In this document: positions 23,969 through 42,454 of the stretch, piece after piece
How the letters are laid out: every line of letters starts with the position of its first letter
Position numbering within the stretch: the first letter of the stretch is position 1
Origin: Penicillus capitatus
Lineage: Eukaryota > Plantae > Chlorophyta
DNA length: 64,000 nt
Direction: 5' to 3'
Assembly (NCBI GenBank): GCA_965649825.1
Contig: OZ287694.1
Span: 62,001-126,000 of the forward strand
Program-made: the position numbers and the translations under genes
Notes under the pieces: model-generated
The model's database searches: none
Told to the model about the DNA's origin: nothing
What the model saw: the letters and a program-made list of their open reading frames with translations, nothing else

Positions 23969-25082
23969 ATGCCACGCAGGAATGGCGTCAATGGAACCGA
24001 AATGATGTTGACGCGGGAGATGTCGCGTGTGGCAACGGTCTGGCAAGGGATCGTTTTCCGAGGAGGCTGGTCGATGCGCATCGCCAAGGCGTACTTTGCG
24101 AAGAAACGTCCGCAGCACAAAATCGATCGCCCGCCGAAAAACCTGCGCTATCCGGTCGGCGAATGGTACGAAGACATGAAAGCACGCACCCTCGACGATG
24201 TTCTGACCGGAAAGAAAAGAGAGATCGCTCGCAAAAGAGTGGCAAGATGACTCCTGTACTTTATCACCTCACTCTAATATCTCACTCTTTTGCTAGATGA
24301 AGTCACTCAATGCGAAGCTGGCCCAGACCGCCAGGCGTCATCGTGAGTACCTGTCGGCGGCATCACGTCCGAAGGAAGAGAAGCCGTTAGAGGAGCGTCT
24401 GTTTCTGCTCTGCCGTGATCAGCTGGGTATCGTACTGACGACGAGCGAGCTGCCTTATATCCACGAGCGGTTGCACTTTCTCCGTCACATCATGAGTCTG
24501 ACGCCGAACGAGCTGGATTTCGTCGTCCATCGCGTGCCTCAGGTATTGAGCCTCCGTCTGCACAGGCAATTGGTGCCTCTGGCAAGTTATCTCGACAAAA
24601 AAAGCATCTCGCCGAAGGAATTGGGCCGCATCGCCCTTCGGTGTCCAGATCTGTTGCTAGTCCCCGTACATCACGATCTGGAACTCAAGGTCGAGTATCT
24701 GAAATCGGTCGGCATAGCGGGGAAAACAGTGATCCGTCTGATCCGTCAACGGACGGCGCATTTCACCTGTCACTTGGAGTTTGAGTTTCGACGCAAAGCC
24801 GATTACCTATTGGATGCTGGACTGTCGGTAGAGGCCCTTCTGAGTCTGATGCGTTACTCGGATCAACTGTTCCGTCTTCCGGTGGAGCAGAACATCATTC
24901 CCAAGATTCGGTTCTTCGAGGAGAGGGGCTACAGCGTTGAACGGACCTCGGAAATGATCCAGCGCTATCCTTTCCTTTACTTCGTCAGTCTGGACAGAGT
25001 CATCCGGCCGTTCTTTGAACAGAGATACGGTCGCACTGTTTGTGATGTGACAGCAAAGACGGACGAAGTGTTAAGAGAGTGA
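23969..25082 (+). CDS. mTERF family protein (start and last exons uncertain)
   Basis: Repeats of the type L..KVEYL..VG, ...RCPDLL, IIPKIRFF...G and RYPFLYFVSLDRVIRP. Intron 24239-24297. Confidence 0.8.
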
Positions 25083-25427
25083 GATCGCGTACCGAACAGC
25101 GACGGCTGCATCGATCGCATCGCCTCGCCGTGCTTAAGTATTGCTGAGAGGAGCTACACGGGAGAGCGATGCGATCCATGCAGCCGTTACTCTTCGGTGA
25201 CGTACATGCGTCCCGACAAAAGTGTGAGATCGTCGACGTCCGTCGGGTCACTTCCATTTGTACGACATGCCGTTGCGTTTCGCCAGTCGTATCTGCGTAG
25301 GCGTCGGCACATACTCTCCACGGAGTCCGATTACGAGCGTCGCTCAAAAGTCCATCACGATGCTCTTCGCCGACAGGATCAGAGAGCGGCGCTGTGTGAT
25401 AGACGTCGTGCGCGTCACCGAAGGGGC

Positions 25428-26619
25428 ATGCGGTTTGGAAGCTGCAGAGAAGTTGACGTTCCGGGCGCCACTCTGGAACAGAAGCTCGAACGCGCGAAGG
25501 TCAGGAGAAGACGATGCCGAGCATCTATCCCCTCAGCCAAGCTTCCATTCAGGGCTACCCTTACGCCAGGCCAGACACCTCCTTTGTCTTTGCTGACGGC
25601 AAAGCGCACTCGCTGAGCGACGACCTGTTGTGGAAAGGAACACCCGATCTCGCCAAAATCCTTTCCGTCGTGGCACCAAGCGTAAAGTGCGTGCGCTTTC
25701 GCGAGTTTGATGGTTTCGACGCCCTTGTGATGAAGCAGGTGCGATCCGGGCGCGTACACCGATGCAGAATGGCACGCCGTGTTGGCCATCGGCAGCAATG
25801 CCAGTCCGGAGCAACTCGCGCGAAAGTACCGAGACAGTGGCGGCGTCATCATTCCTGTCTGTCACATCAGCCTTCTGCAAAGAGTGATGATGTGACGTAG
25901 GTCGTGCAATGTGTGATGCGCGATTTCGATGTGGTCTATGCACCGTTGGTCTCGTCCTATGGCTCGTGCACAGCCACCCTGGCCTATGCGCCTGGCACCG
26001 TCGTCGAGGTCTTTGTGACCTATCTCACCTCTCCGCTGCTCGATCAGATGATCGAAACCGAAGGCGCCTACGATCTCGTCAAGCTCCGCAACATCGATCT
26101 CAAAACGGGCCTCTCGTTGGCGCAATTCCAGTCCGTACCCTTCTCCCAACACATGCACGCGATGCTCAACACGATGCGCATGATAGAGAGGGCAAGGAAG
26201 CGGTGGAGCAGCTCGATACCGTCCTACAGTTCAATCACCAGAAAGGAGTGCTGCACACCCCTTTCCGCCCATCGACCAACGGTGCTATCCATCCATCTCC
26301 ACAAAGATCCCTCCCTGTATCCAATTGTGTGTTCGGCATGGCAGGGAACGCCTCGCCCATTGCTCTGAGTGCTATTCCGGCGCAGCGTCGGTCGTTTCCT
26401 GTGTTGACACAAGTGGAGATGCTCACACGTATTATGCACGAGACGCGGCGATCCACAGCCGCCGTCGATTTGGACGACTGGATACGACGGAACCTTGAAG
26501 AGGAAGACAGAAGACAGTCCCTTGTCCAAGAGCTCATATCCTCCAGTTGTCCCTTCGACTATCCACACACCGAAGTGACGGTACGCATCGGTCATGTGTA
26601 TTCGAAAAACGTCCAGTAG
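25428..26619 (+). CDS. Conserved hypothetical protein with a gamma-glutamylcyclotransferase-like (GSN) motif
   Basis: Spliced KLERAK|GYPYARP, VLAIGSNASPEQLARK, DFDVVYAPLVSSYGSCTATL, TEGAYDL and PIALSAIPAQRRSFP. Start uncertain. Confidence 0.6.
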
Positions 26620-26630
26620 AGACAAAATGT

Positions 26631-28472
26631 TTAACAAGAATGCCCTTTGTCCATTCTCTTCTGCACGATCTCTTGTCGCTTGTGTCGTCTGCCCTCCCGG
26701 ATACCTTCGAGCCATTCTTCCACGGATTGCCCAGTCAGCAACGCCTGCACTTCCCGGCGACAGGCAGAACGTACAGAAGCTGAACCACAGGTCATGAGCG
26801 CGACGACGATGCTCAGTGTCTTTGCCTCGATCCACTTTTGGCACCGTCCTCGAAACACCCCTTTCCACAAAGCTTTACAAAACGCTTTGGCGGCGCCGCC
26901 ATTTTCGTCCAATGTCGACGCGTGCACGATGCGGACGATGGCGCCCTTTGAGATGCGATCCGACAGAAAAGTCTCGTCGGCACAAGCATCGACGATGGCC
27001 CGATGCACATCCCGCACGCGATCTCCGTCGAGGAGGCCTCCTTCGGCGCCTCGCGCCACCTCCACTAACACATTGCTCCCCCGGCGGCATTTCAGCAGCA
27101 CCCCAGCTTCGGTCGTGCACAGCTGCAGCAATGCCTCTTCCAACGACCCCTCGCCCTCACACAACAGCTCCTGGCGGCGTACTCCATCTTCCTTTTTACT
27201 CGCCCCGACGATGCGCGTCGACGTTGCGCCAGCGAGAGCAATCTCCAGCGTACGGGGATGGAGATGCGCATCGATCTTCTCCGGCAGATACCATCGACAG
27301 TTTGGATGCAGTAGATCCAGTATCACACATCCCCCGTAGCGATGCATACAGATCTCTTTGAGATGCTCCACGATGCCAGGCATCAATACCTTGCGCAGCA
27401 TCTTGGTATCATCCACCGCCCGGAAAGCCATAATCAATACGGTATGCCCCCAGTCGTCCAGTACCGTCTCTTTGACGTACTCCCGAAAAGCACGCAGCGT
27501 CGTTTTACGATGACTGGCATCGGAGTAGCGCAGGACGGCGACAGCGACAGCTGATCCCTCCTTCGTATGCACCATCTTGAGCAATCCATCTCCCGTCTCG
27601 GCCAACGCAGCGGCCATCGCCTCGACCTGAACCGCAGGGGCCGAACGAAAGAACTCCAGAATCAGTCGATGCACCAGTCGATTGACCAGGAGCCCTTTCT
27701 CGATCACCACCGTCAGCAGTCCATGCATCTTCTGCAATGCACTTGCCCGACGAACGGCATCCGCCTTACGGAACACCACCTCAAACGACGACGGATCCTC
27801 CACGCCCTCACGCATCTCACATTCGTCTGCCTCTGCATCAGCGTCCGCCGCCATCACTCTCTGGCCATAGCACGCCATCATCAACACGTGCTGCTGCGCC
27901 GCCGTGCATTTAAAGTACAGATCGTTGATGACATCCGTTCCGTAGGGATGCTTCAGCAGGCGAGGGGTATGCGCAGGGAAGAGGCGGAAAAGACGTGGGA
28001 AGTCTTCTCCGGGCGTACGGGCGATGAGGCGTTGCACCAAATGCTTTCCGTATTTCGATACCGAAAGCTTGGCCAGGTCGCGATGCATCTCGTCCAGAAT
28101 GGCCTGCCGATCGGAAGCCGTGCCGTATCGCAGACAGCACTGCAGCACACGCGAGGCCTTTGGATTCTGCACCAGCTCCACCATGTGACCCTTGACGCGA
28201 GACATGGCCAGAGACAGCAACTGCTGCCGCTGATGATCGGACACCTCCTTCGGCCGGAGTCTCTCCCAAACGGACGTAATATCGGCGATCACACTGTAGT
28301 TGCGATTCTTCTGCATCTTCCGACGCCGAGTGGCCTCGCGTCTCTCCTTCTTCGACATACACGGCTTGTCTTTCTCAAAGAGACGCTCCTTTGCCATACG
28401 GCGCGGCTTCTTCGCCAGCGACGGCGAGCGGGAAACGGCGGCGTCATTTCTTCTCTTGTGCGGCTTGCCCAT
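26631..28472 (-). CDS. PUF6: Pumilio-repeat/CPL-domain nucleolar protein (Puf6/PUM3/APUM24-like), intronless
   Basis: 613-aa ORF with ASRVLQCCLRYG, SKYGKHLVQRL, LKMVHTKEGSAVA, DDWGHTVL...VDDTK and SKKEDGVRRQEL. Confidence 0.9.
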   Translation of the reverse strand: MGKPHKRRNDAAVSRSPSLAKKPRRMAKERLFEKDKPCMSKKERREATRRRKMQKNRNYSVIADITSVWERLRPKEVSDHQRQQLLSLAMSRVKGHMVELVQNPKASRVLQCCLRYGTASDRQAILDEMHRDLAKLSVSKYGKHLVQRLIARTPGEDFPRLFRLFPAHTPRLLKHPYGTDVINDLYFKCTAAQQHVLMMACYGQRVMAADADAEADECEMREGVEDPSSFEVVFRKADAVRRASALQKMHGLLTVVIEKGLLVNRLVHRLILEFFRSAPAVQVEAMAAALAETGDGLLKMVHTKEGSAVAVAVLRYSDASHRKTTLRAFREYVKETVLDDWGHTVLIMAFRAVDDTKMLRKVLMPGIVEHLKEICMHRYGGCVILDLLHPNCRWYLPEKIDAHLHPRTLEIALAGATSTRIVGASKKEDGVRRQELLCEGEGSLEEALLQLCTTEAGVLLKCRRGSNVLVEVARGAEGGLLDGDRVRDVHRAIVDACADETFLSDRISKGAIVRIVHASTLDENGGAAKAFCKALWKGVFRGRCQKWIEAKTLSIVVALMTCGSASVRSACRREVQALLTGQSVEEWLEGIREGRRHKRQEIVQKRMDKGHSC

Positions 28473-28573
28473 CGGAATGTCGACGGTATAGCGAGCGAGC
28501 TGTCACATCCGTCCATGTTCTCAGGCTTATCGACTGTTGCCGTCGACGCTTCGCAACAAACCATCGTTGACAA

Positions 28574-29171
28574 ATGCTTGCGCGTGAACTCCCAGGTAGT
28601 CCAGTCAAGTGGGACGCATTTATCGGAGCCTTCTGCGGAATATGTGACCTAACGGGATGCGCCGTCTGTATCACGCCGCCCTGTCTTCTCTACGGGTAAT
28701 CCCATTCCTCAACCGAACGCTCACGTTATGCCGCTCTTCAGGGAAAACTGCGCTCGAGTGCATCATCGGTCGTGTGTTCTATGGTCGGCCATCTTTCTCA
28801 TCCCATGTCTCTTCATGTCCGCCGCCCTTGTTGGCCTTCTGCTATCTATCCCTGTGCAAGACACCTCCGATGATCCCAACCTTCCACTCCTCATCTTCTT
28901 CATCTGCCTCTTCGTCTTGTCCTTCATCGGAATCGTCGTATTGGGCGCCGTCAGTCGCGATCAAATGAAGAAGAAATTTCGAATCGCCTCGCGGTATCAA
29001 GCATCGCCTATACTGGCCTGGATTTTCTGTCCTCCCTGTGCTCTTTGCCAAGAATCGCGCACGTTGAGAATAAACAATGTCGACGCGGGTGTCTGGCAAG
29101 GTGGCACTCCGATGCGAGCGTGGACATACAAACTCAGTTCTCTCATGCATCATCCTCCAGAAACGCCGTAA
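28574..29171 (+). CDS. PLAC8-family Cys-rich membrane protein
   Basis: W...FCGICDLTGCAVCITPPCLLYG|ENCAR, a TM segment, KKKFRIA and IFCPPCALCQESR. Confidence 0.85.
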
Positions 29172-29529
29172 CACTGGACGGACGCTATCCTAAATGATCA
29201 TTTTGCTAAATACACGCTTCACTTTGCCTCCACTCCAAAATCTTTTTCAAGTCACGCCGCCAGCGGGATGCATTTTGTTGTCTGTTTTTGAGAAAGGGGA
29301 TCAGTCGGAGGACAACGCTTTTATTGCATAACTGGGCGGAGGAAGCGTCGCGTGCTTGCTCTGATGACAAGACAGATGGTTGCTGTCCATACTAATGCAT
29401 AAACAAAGCACCGCCTCTCAATAGTGTAACAATGGCATTTGTTCGATAAAAATCAATCACCGTCGTCTGCGGTATCAAAGACAAAGGGGGTTCTCTTCTC
29501 GTATCTGTGCAAAAAAGGAAACCGTTCGC

Positions 29530-30692
29530 TCATAGAGATCCGTTGGCGTTTGGACTGGGTAGCCTGAGCGTCCCGCGATCTCGCACACTTCGTTGATAGT
29601 CTCTCCAGCGACGGGCCGACGTGGCGGCCTGGGCAGCAGCCGCTTTTCTCTTGAGGTCGCTCTCGGGCGAGGGATCCGTGGAGGATGTTGATGGGACGTG
29701 GAATCCCATCTCTTCCATCCAACTCACCGTCCGTGCCGTTTCCCTCTTGGATCGCATCTCTGCCTGGCGTTTCTCAAAAGCCGTAATAGCCGCCTGCAAA
29801 AGAGTGAGATGCCCAAAAGTGTGACCAGATGACGCTTACCTGAAAGACATCCGTGCCTCCGGTGCAGCCCATGAGGAGAATGTAAGCTGAGACGCGTTCG
29901 ATCTTGGCCATGGCAGATTCGAGGAGCGTCAGCTGCGGCGCCGTCACCCAATGAATGCAGCTGACGGGACATGTGTCGATCGCCTCCTGTACGAGACTCT
30001 CCGAATCGACGCCTTGGCGAAACACACGAGCACGGCCGAAGGTATCTTCCAATCCAAACGTCGTGGGACAGACATTGATACAGTTCTTGCAACCGATGCA
30101 AGTGAACTCATCTACAAACACCTGAACGACGTCCGTCGCCACAGAGACCCACGATGTGACGGCGCTGCCTGATCGGTCGGGAAGGATGTGTCAAAAAATG
30201 GATTGACGGCGTTTTCTGTGAATCCAGCGATGCCGTCGTAAGCCGCACGTTTTTCTGGATCCATCAGTGTCTGCAGATCTCACACGTTGGTGTGTAAAGT
30301 GTGAGAAAAAGGAGGTGACCTCGTAGACCTCGTTCAGGAAAATGCAAAACTCGGTGGCCTCTTCATCCATGGAGACATCTGGATGGTAGTCACGCATGGC
30401 AGCATGGTAGGCTTTCTTGATCTTTCCGGGATCAGCATTGGGTGCCTGTCACATCAGTCCCTTCAAAAAAGTGTGACAATAGAGTGATGTGACGTGCCAC
30501 GCCCAAAACGGCATAGTAGTCCACACCGTCCTGCTCAGCCAAATCCGACGTCAGTTCGAAGTCTTCGGTCGCGGCTTTCAGACGGAGACGGCGACAGGAG
30601 GAGGGAAATAGGCCGCGACGTGGCTGCGGTGTACAATAGGCGCGCGCGGAACCATGGGTCAGTGAGGACGGAGGGACACGATGCGCCTTCAT
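29530..30692 (-). CDS. Chloroplast DnaJ-ferredoxin protein (CDJ3/4/5 or DJC76-type)
   Basis: Transit peptide; J domain DYYAVLGV...YHPD; ferredoxin VFVDEFTCIGCKNC...AIDTCPVSCIHW. Confidence 0.92.
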
Positions 30693-30777
30693 GAGATGCA
30701 GAGATCGATCCGCAACCGAAAATAGGTGTGCTGAGCGCGTGGTCGGGTCAAGTCCCATCAGTCACGGAGGCACAACC

Positions 30778-32034
<1,257 letters not shown>

Positions 32035-32160
32035 CTGTCACATCAACGCGACCATCGCTGATGAACGCGCGTCGATAGAGGTAGGTAGGTTAGTATATAA
32101 GGCACGTCACATCAAATTGGCGGCGACGGTTAGACAAATTGAAAGGAACAGGCGTTTTAC

Positions 32161-38104
<5,944 letters not shown>

Positions 38105-38186
38105 CCGAACGCGAGCAAAGGGTTTGCGAACAGAAGGGCGCCGTCTTGATGTGACGTTACATCGAAGTCGCTGTCAAGACGTCCCA

Positions 38187-39494
38187 TCATTTCGCCGCCG
38201 GCGCCGCCGAACGGCGTTTGAAAAGGATCGGCGAGATGCTTCCTTCGAGATAGAGGCCAAGGCAGAGGAAGAGAAGATAGGTGCAGAGTTGGGGAGACCC
38301 ATGGGCCAGGGCGACGATCGCGGGACCGGGGCAGATGCCACCTAATCCCCATCCGCTTCCGAAGATCAAACCTCCCGTCAATAGTTTGGCATCGACCTGT
38401 TTCACGCATGACGCGAATGCTCCTCCACGTGCTAGGGTTGATGTGACACCTGTCGGTTGGTCGGTACTTGGAATTGATCGGCACAGAGTGGGGCCTTTCG
38501 ACGAAGGATGATGTTGAAAATGGGCGTCGCGATGAAGAGAGCCGCGCCCATGACGCACATCAACGACGGATCGAATCCCTCGTGCAGTGGCGAGAGAAAG
38601 GCGGCGACCTTAGACGGCAGTGTCATGCCTGACGACAGGATATGACCCGTGATGCGAAATAACGGGACGCGCACCGGAAAGACAGAGGGCTGAGCCGAAA
38701 ACGCCGCCACAGATACCGTCGGCCAGGCCGTCGACAAATCCATCCGCAGTTTTCTCTACAGAAGAGCAGCACCGAGTGAACATCGTATAAATGAATGAGC
38801 TCACTCTTTTGGAGAAAGAGTGAGGGCAGCGTCAGTGCAAAGAGTGAGAGAAGCGCGAAGAGCGTCGTGCTCTGGACAAATGATGCGGTGGGTAGGGAGG
38901 TGCCGCCTGCAGCGACGACCCCCAGCGCCTCAGCCGTTTTAGTTAACGTCGCTGTCACGACGCCCGTCACCATGAACACACATCTACACCCAAGCGACAG
39001 CATCTCACGCAGTCACACTTTTTGGCGTCGTTACGTGTAGACGAAGCTTCGGAGTGAGAAACGCGCATTGCCGCAGATACCGTGACCCGAAGTGCAGCCA
39101 TTGCCCATAGCGCTGCCGACACCGACGAGCAACCCAGACATCGCTGCCCGAGCATGCTACCTCACACACGACCTCACTCAAGACAACCAGTCCAGACGCA
39201 ACGCACAGAGTAAGTAATCGCTTGAAAGGCAGCGGGATAGAAGAACGTCGCAGCCAGACCACTCCCGGCCAAGCCGCCGAGGAAAGACAGACGCCACGGG
39301 TCGACATTGCCCCTCAGAAGACCACTGAAAAATGCGCAGCGTTCAGCAGGAAACGCCTTCTGGGAGACATACCGTAGTGTGCCTGAAATGCCGAGAATGC
39401 GTCCAGTAGTTGCGAGTTTTGCCGCGGCGGCGGCGCCAAGGAGCGCGCCGCCGACAGAACTGTGAAAAGGTGTAAACGCAGAAAACACTGCCAT
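38187..39494 (-). CDS. YeeE/YedE (DUF395) sulfur-compound transporter, fused two-domain form
   Basis: [14 protein letters not shown]...[22 protein letters not shown]...FDPSLMCVM and [16 protein letters not shown]. Confidence 0.88.
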
Positions 39495-39628
39495 GTGGGT
39501 CAGGTTGCCGAGACGGAACGGATAAGAGAGCAGTCAGTGTCTACAGAACAGATCATGATCGATGTCGTTAACAGTGATGTGACATCCCGCTAAAGAATAG
39601 ACAGCGAAATGTATGCGTTTGGTGACGT

Positions 39629-41280
39629 CTATGCGCTTAGACATCCACAGAGTCGCCATTTCGCCGACTGAAAGACGTCCTCCGTCGTGCACTGCCCGTA
39701 GATGCTGTCCAATGTCCGCACGACCTCTTCCATCGGCGGACGTTCGTTCGGATCTTGAGCCCAGCACGAGGAGATTAACGAGATCAGCGAAGGACGCCAC
39801 TTTTTGCCGAACTCTGGGCGAAAGCCGCCGGCGACTGCCCGAGCATAGTCTTCCATCACTTCCTCATCTGCACCATCTGCACCACACCTATGACGTGACG
39901 TTGCATGTGGCGGCGCATCACCTTTGATCAAACGCGTCATCTGTTTCTTCTCGATGGCAAAGTAGATGAACGGATGGACGAGATCCAGTGCCTCAAAGGC
40001 CAAGATGCCAAAGGAGAACACATCCGCCTTGTGATTGTACTGGCGTTTTTCGTAGACCTCCGGTGCCATGTAGGCTAAGGAGCCAGTCTGGCCCGTCAGC
40101 GAAAAGAACTCCTGTCTCAAGCTACTGCCGTGCTGGCATCACAGATCGGCTGGCAATCAGTGCGGATCTGTAGGGAAGGGATCGACCGTACTCTTTGGAC
40201 GAGATTGCCGCTCCCACGTCCGCGCAGTCGAGAGGCACGACGGGATTGGACAAAGGCGTCGGCGTACTCGGACAATGTACTGAGCGAACGTACCAACATT
40301 CTTCGCTTGCTCTCCCGCTTCTGGAACACATCTCTGGAGAAAGCACGCAAGGCCAGTGTATGGCTGCTGATGGATAGGAAGACGGACGGACCCTTTTTGC
40401 GTGATGGCGGCGTTGGCCTGTCGATCATAGACGAGGACGCTGAGTCCAAAATCGGCAAGCTTGGCCGTGAGCTGTCCGCTCTCTTCGTCCTTGTGGATGA
40501 GTATGTTCGCCGGTTTCAGATCTCGATGGATGACGGAGACTCTGGAGACGTGAAGAAAAGAGAGACCGCGTGCCACTTGCAGCACCCATTCCAGAAACGT
40601 CCTGTCACATCACAAAGTGTGAGATGCGCACTTATGTACTAGAGAGGATCGTCACACTTGACCGGTATCTCCTCCTCGTGGCACCGTGCACGCTCAACGT
40701 GCGATTTCAATGTCCCATGGTTCATGCACTCTTCCAGGATACACATCGATTCTTCTGAACCTTCTTCGAGGGCACCGAAGGTGACCTGGTATGGGCAACC
40801 GTTTGGATGGAGTGGCAGAAAGGGTCAGCGTCGCACGCCGATGAATGCCAGGATGTTTGGATGACCGGCCGTTCGAGCACTGGCCAACAGTTCCGTCTCT
40901 CGGAAAAAATCCAGTACGTCCTGCTCTTCCTGAAACTTCGATGGTTCCATTTTCTTCACAGCAACGGGGCGCCGCCTCGTTCCGTCGTCCAATATCGCCT
41001 CATACACTTTGGCATAGCTCCCAGAACCGAGCTTACCCGTAACCGTTATTCTGCAAAACAGAAGAGAGCGCATACGAAGGCAGTGAGGATAACGGGGTGG
41101 CACTTGTCGACAGGAAAGTAACAGTCACCAAAGAATGACAGAAACTTTTCTTTGGCCGCCTCTCCCACTAGAGGGTTAGCATTTGATCCATAAACTGACG
41201 TTTGCGCGGTTTGTTGCATAGCGATGCGTCAAAGGGCGTTTCTGACCATCGAACGGGACGAAGGACCGGTTGAACAACAT
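39629..41280 (-). CDS. Protein kinase (TKL/Raf-like)
   Basis: KLGSGSYAKVY, VAVKKM, HPNILAFIG, IHRDLKPANIL, KLADFGLS, GSLAYMAPE and ADVFSFG. Start approximate. Confidence 0.9.
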
Positions 41281-41657
41281 CGGTTGCACGTCATCCTTAC
41301 GTTATTGGCAGAGGAACCCCATCTTCTGTGATGATGTGACGTGAACCATGGGCGAACGGTGGCTCGTTGTTGCATCCATCACACCGAACGTACCAACAAC
41401 CGACCGGCACAGATTGCCGACCATCCGTTCAGCTTGCGGATGGCTTAATACACGACGATTTCGTAAAGGACGGAGTGCGTCGCTTCGGTGTCTCGGAGGT
41501 TCCACTGATCCCGTGGGGTTTTTTACAGCCGTTGCCTCTCCATCAGTCACTCCTATCCATCGCATCGTCAAAAGTTCATCCTCCCTTATACCATTCGCCA
41601 CAGCCATTGAATTATCCTCCCCGTATCTTCACTGAACGAAAGGTGCTGTGCGAAACG

Positions 41658-42247
41658 ATGTCGGTTTTTGCAAAGGGCTCAGTTCGTTTGCTGCTTCTCT
41701 TGGCATTGGTGACGCTCACACTCACGTGCGTGCTGGCAGATAAGGGTATGTACGTTCGCTCTCTGCTCTCCCTGCATTCGACGTGTTCTCGCAGATGATC
41801 CGTTCAAAGGGAAGAAGGCCTGTGCGAGTAGCCGGATGAAAGGGTGGTATCGTATTCACGTGGTCGGTACAGGAAAGAAGTGCATTGTCAAGGAAAAGGA
41901 AAAGATACACGCGAAGACGAAAGCGGACGACGAGAGCAACTGCTACGCCTATACTGCCCTCAACTTCTTCGGCATCGCGCACTGCGAAGGTGAGATGCCA
42001 GCCGCCATAGCGACATGAAATGATATGGGTATGGTGTTTGGGGACAGAGGGTGACAAAGGGGTGGCGAGAGGCAAAGTGCGTGCGTCTGTTCTCGCCGAA
42101 GCGTACGATATTGATCCCATCTGTGCTGCCCGCGTCATCGCGTTTGTCGTTGCCGAGTCCATAGCCCACCGAAAGCACAAAGATGTGACAGTGACAGTGG
42201 GTGGAGCGTTCGAGGGATATGCGGCCGTCGACTGTAGCGATCTCTAA
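41658..42247 (+). CDS. Secreted 4-Cys protein family, copy E (unlinked copy)
   Basis: Signal peptide ...RLLLLLALVTLTLTCVLA; GWYRIHVVGTGKKCI...FFGIAHCE|...KVRASVLAEAYDIDPICAARVI...VDCSDL. Confidence 0.8.
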
Positions 42248-42454
42248 TGTCGCCCCACACCCTCTTCACGTGACTCCCAATAAAGAATAGTTAATGTCTT
42301 TGCATCGACTGTGTATGCACGATCGTGCGCTGGGATGTGATGTGACGTGACGGTTGGCGTTGCCTGGAGACCTGACAGGAGTTGGCTGTCCATATCGTGT
42401 ATTGAAAAAACTGAGCTAGCTGTTTTCTCTTATCGACGGACCCACCGGTTCATT

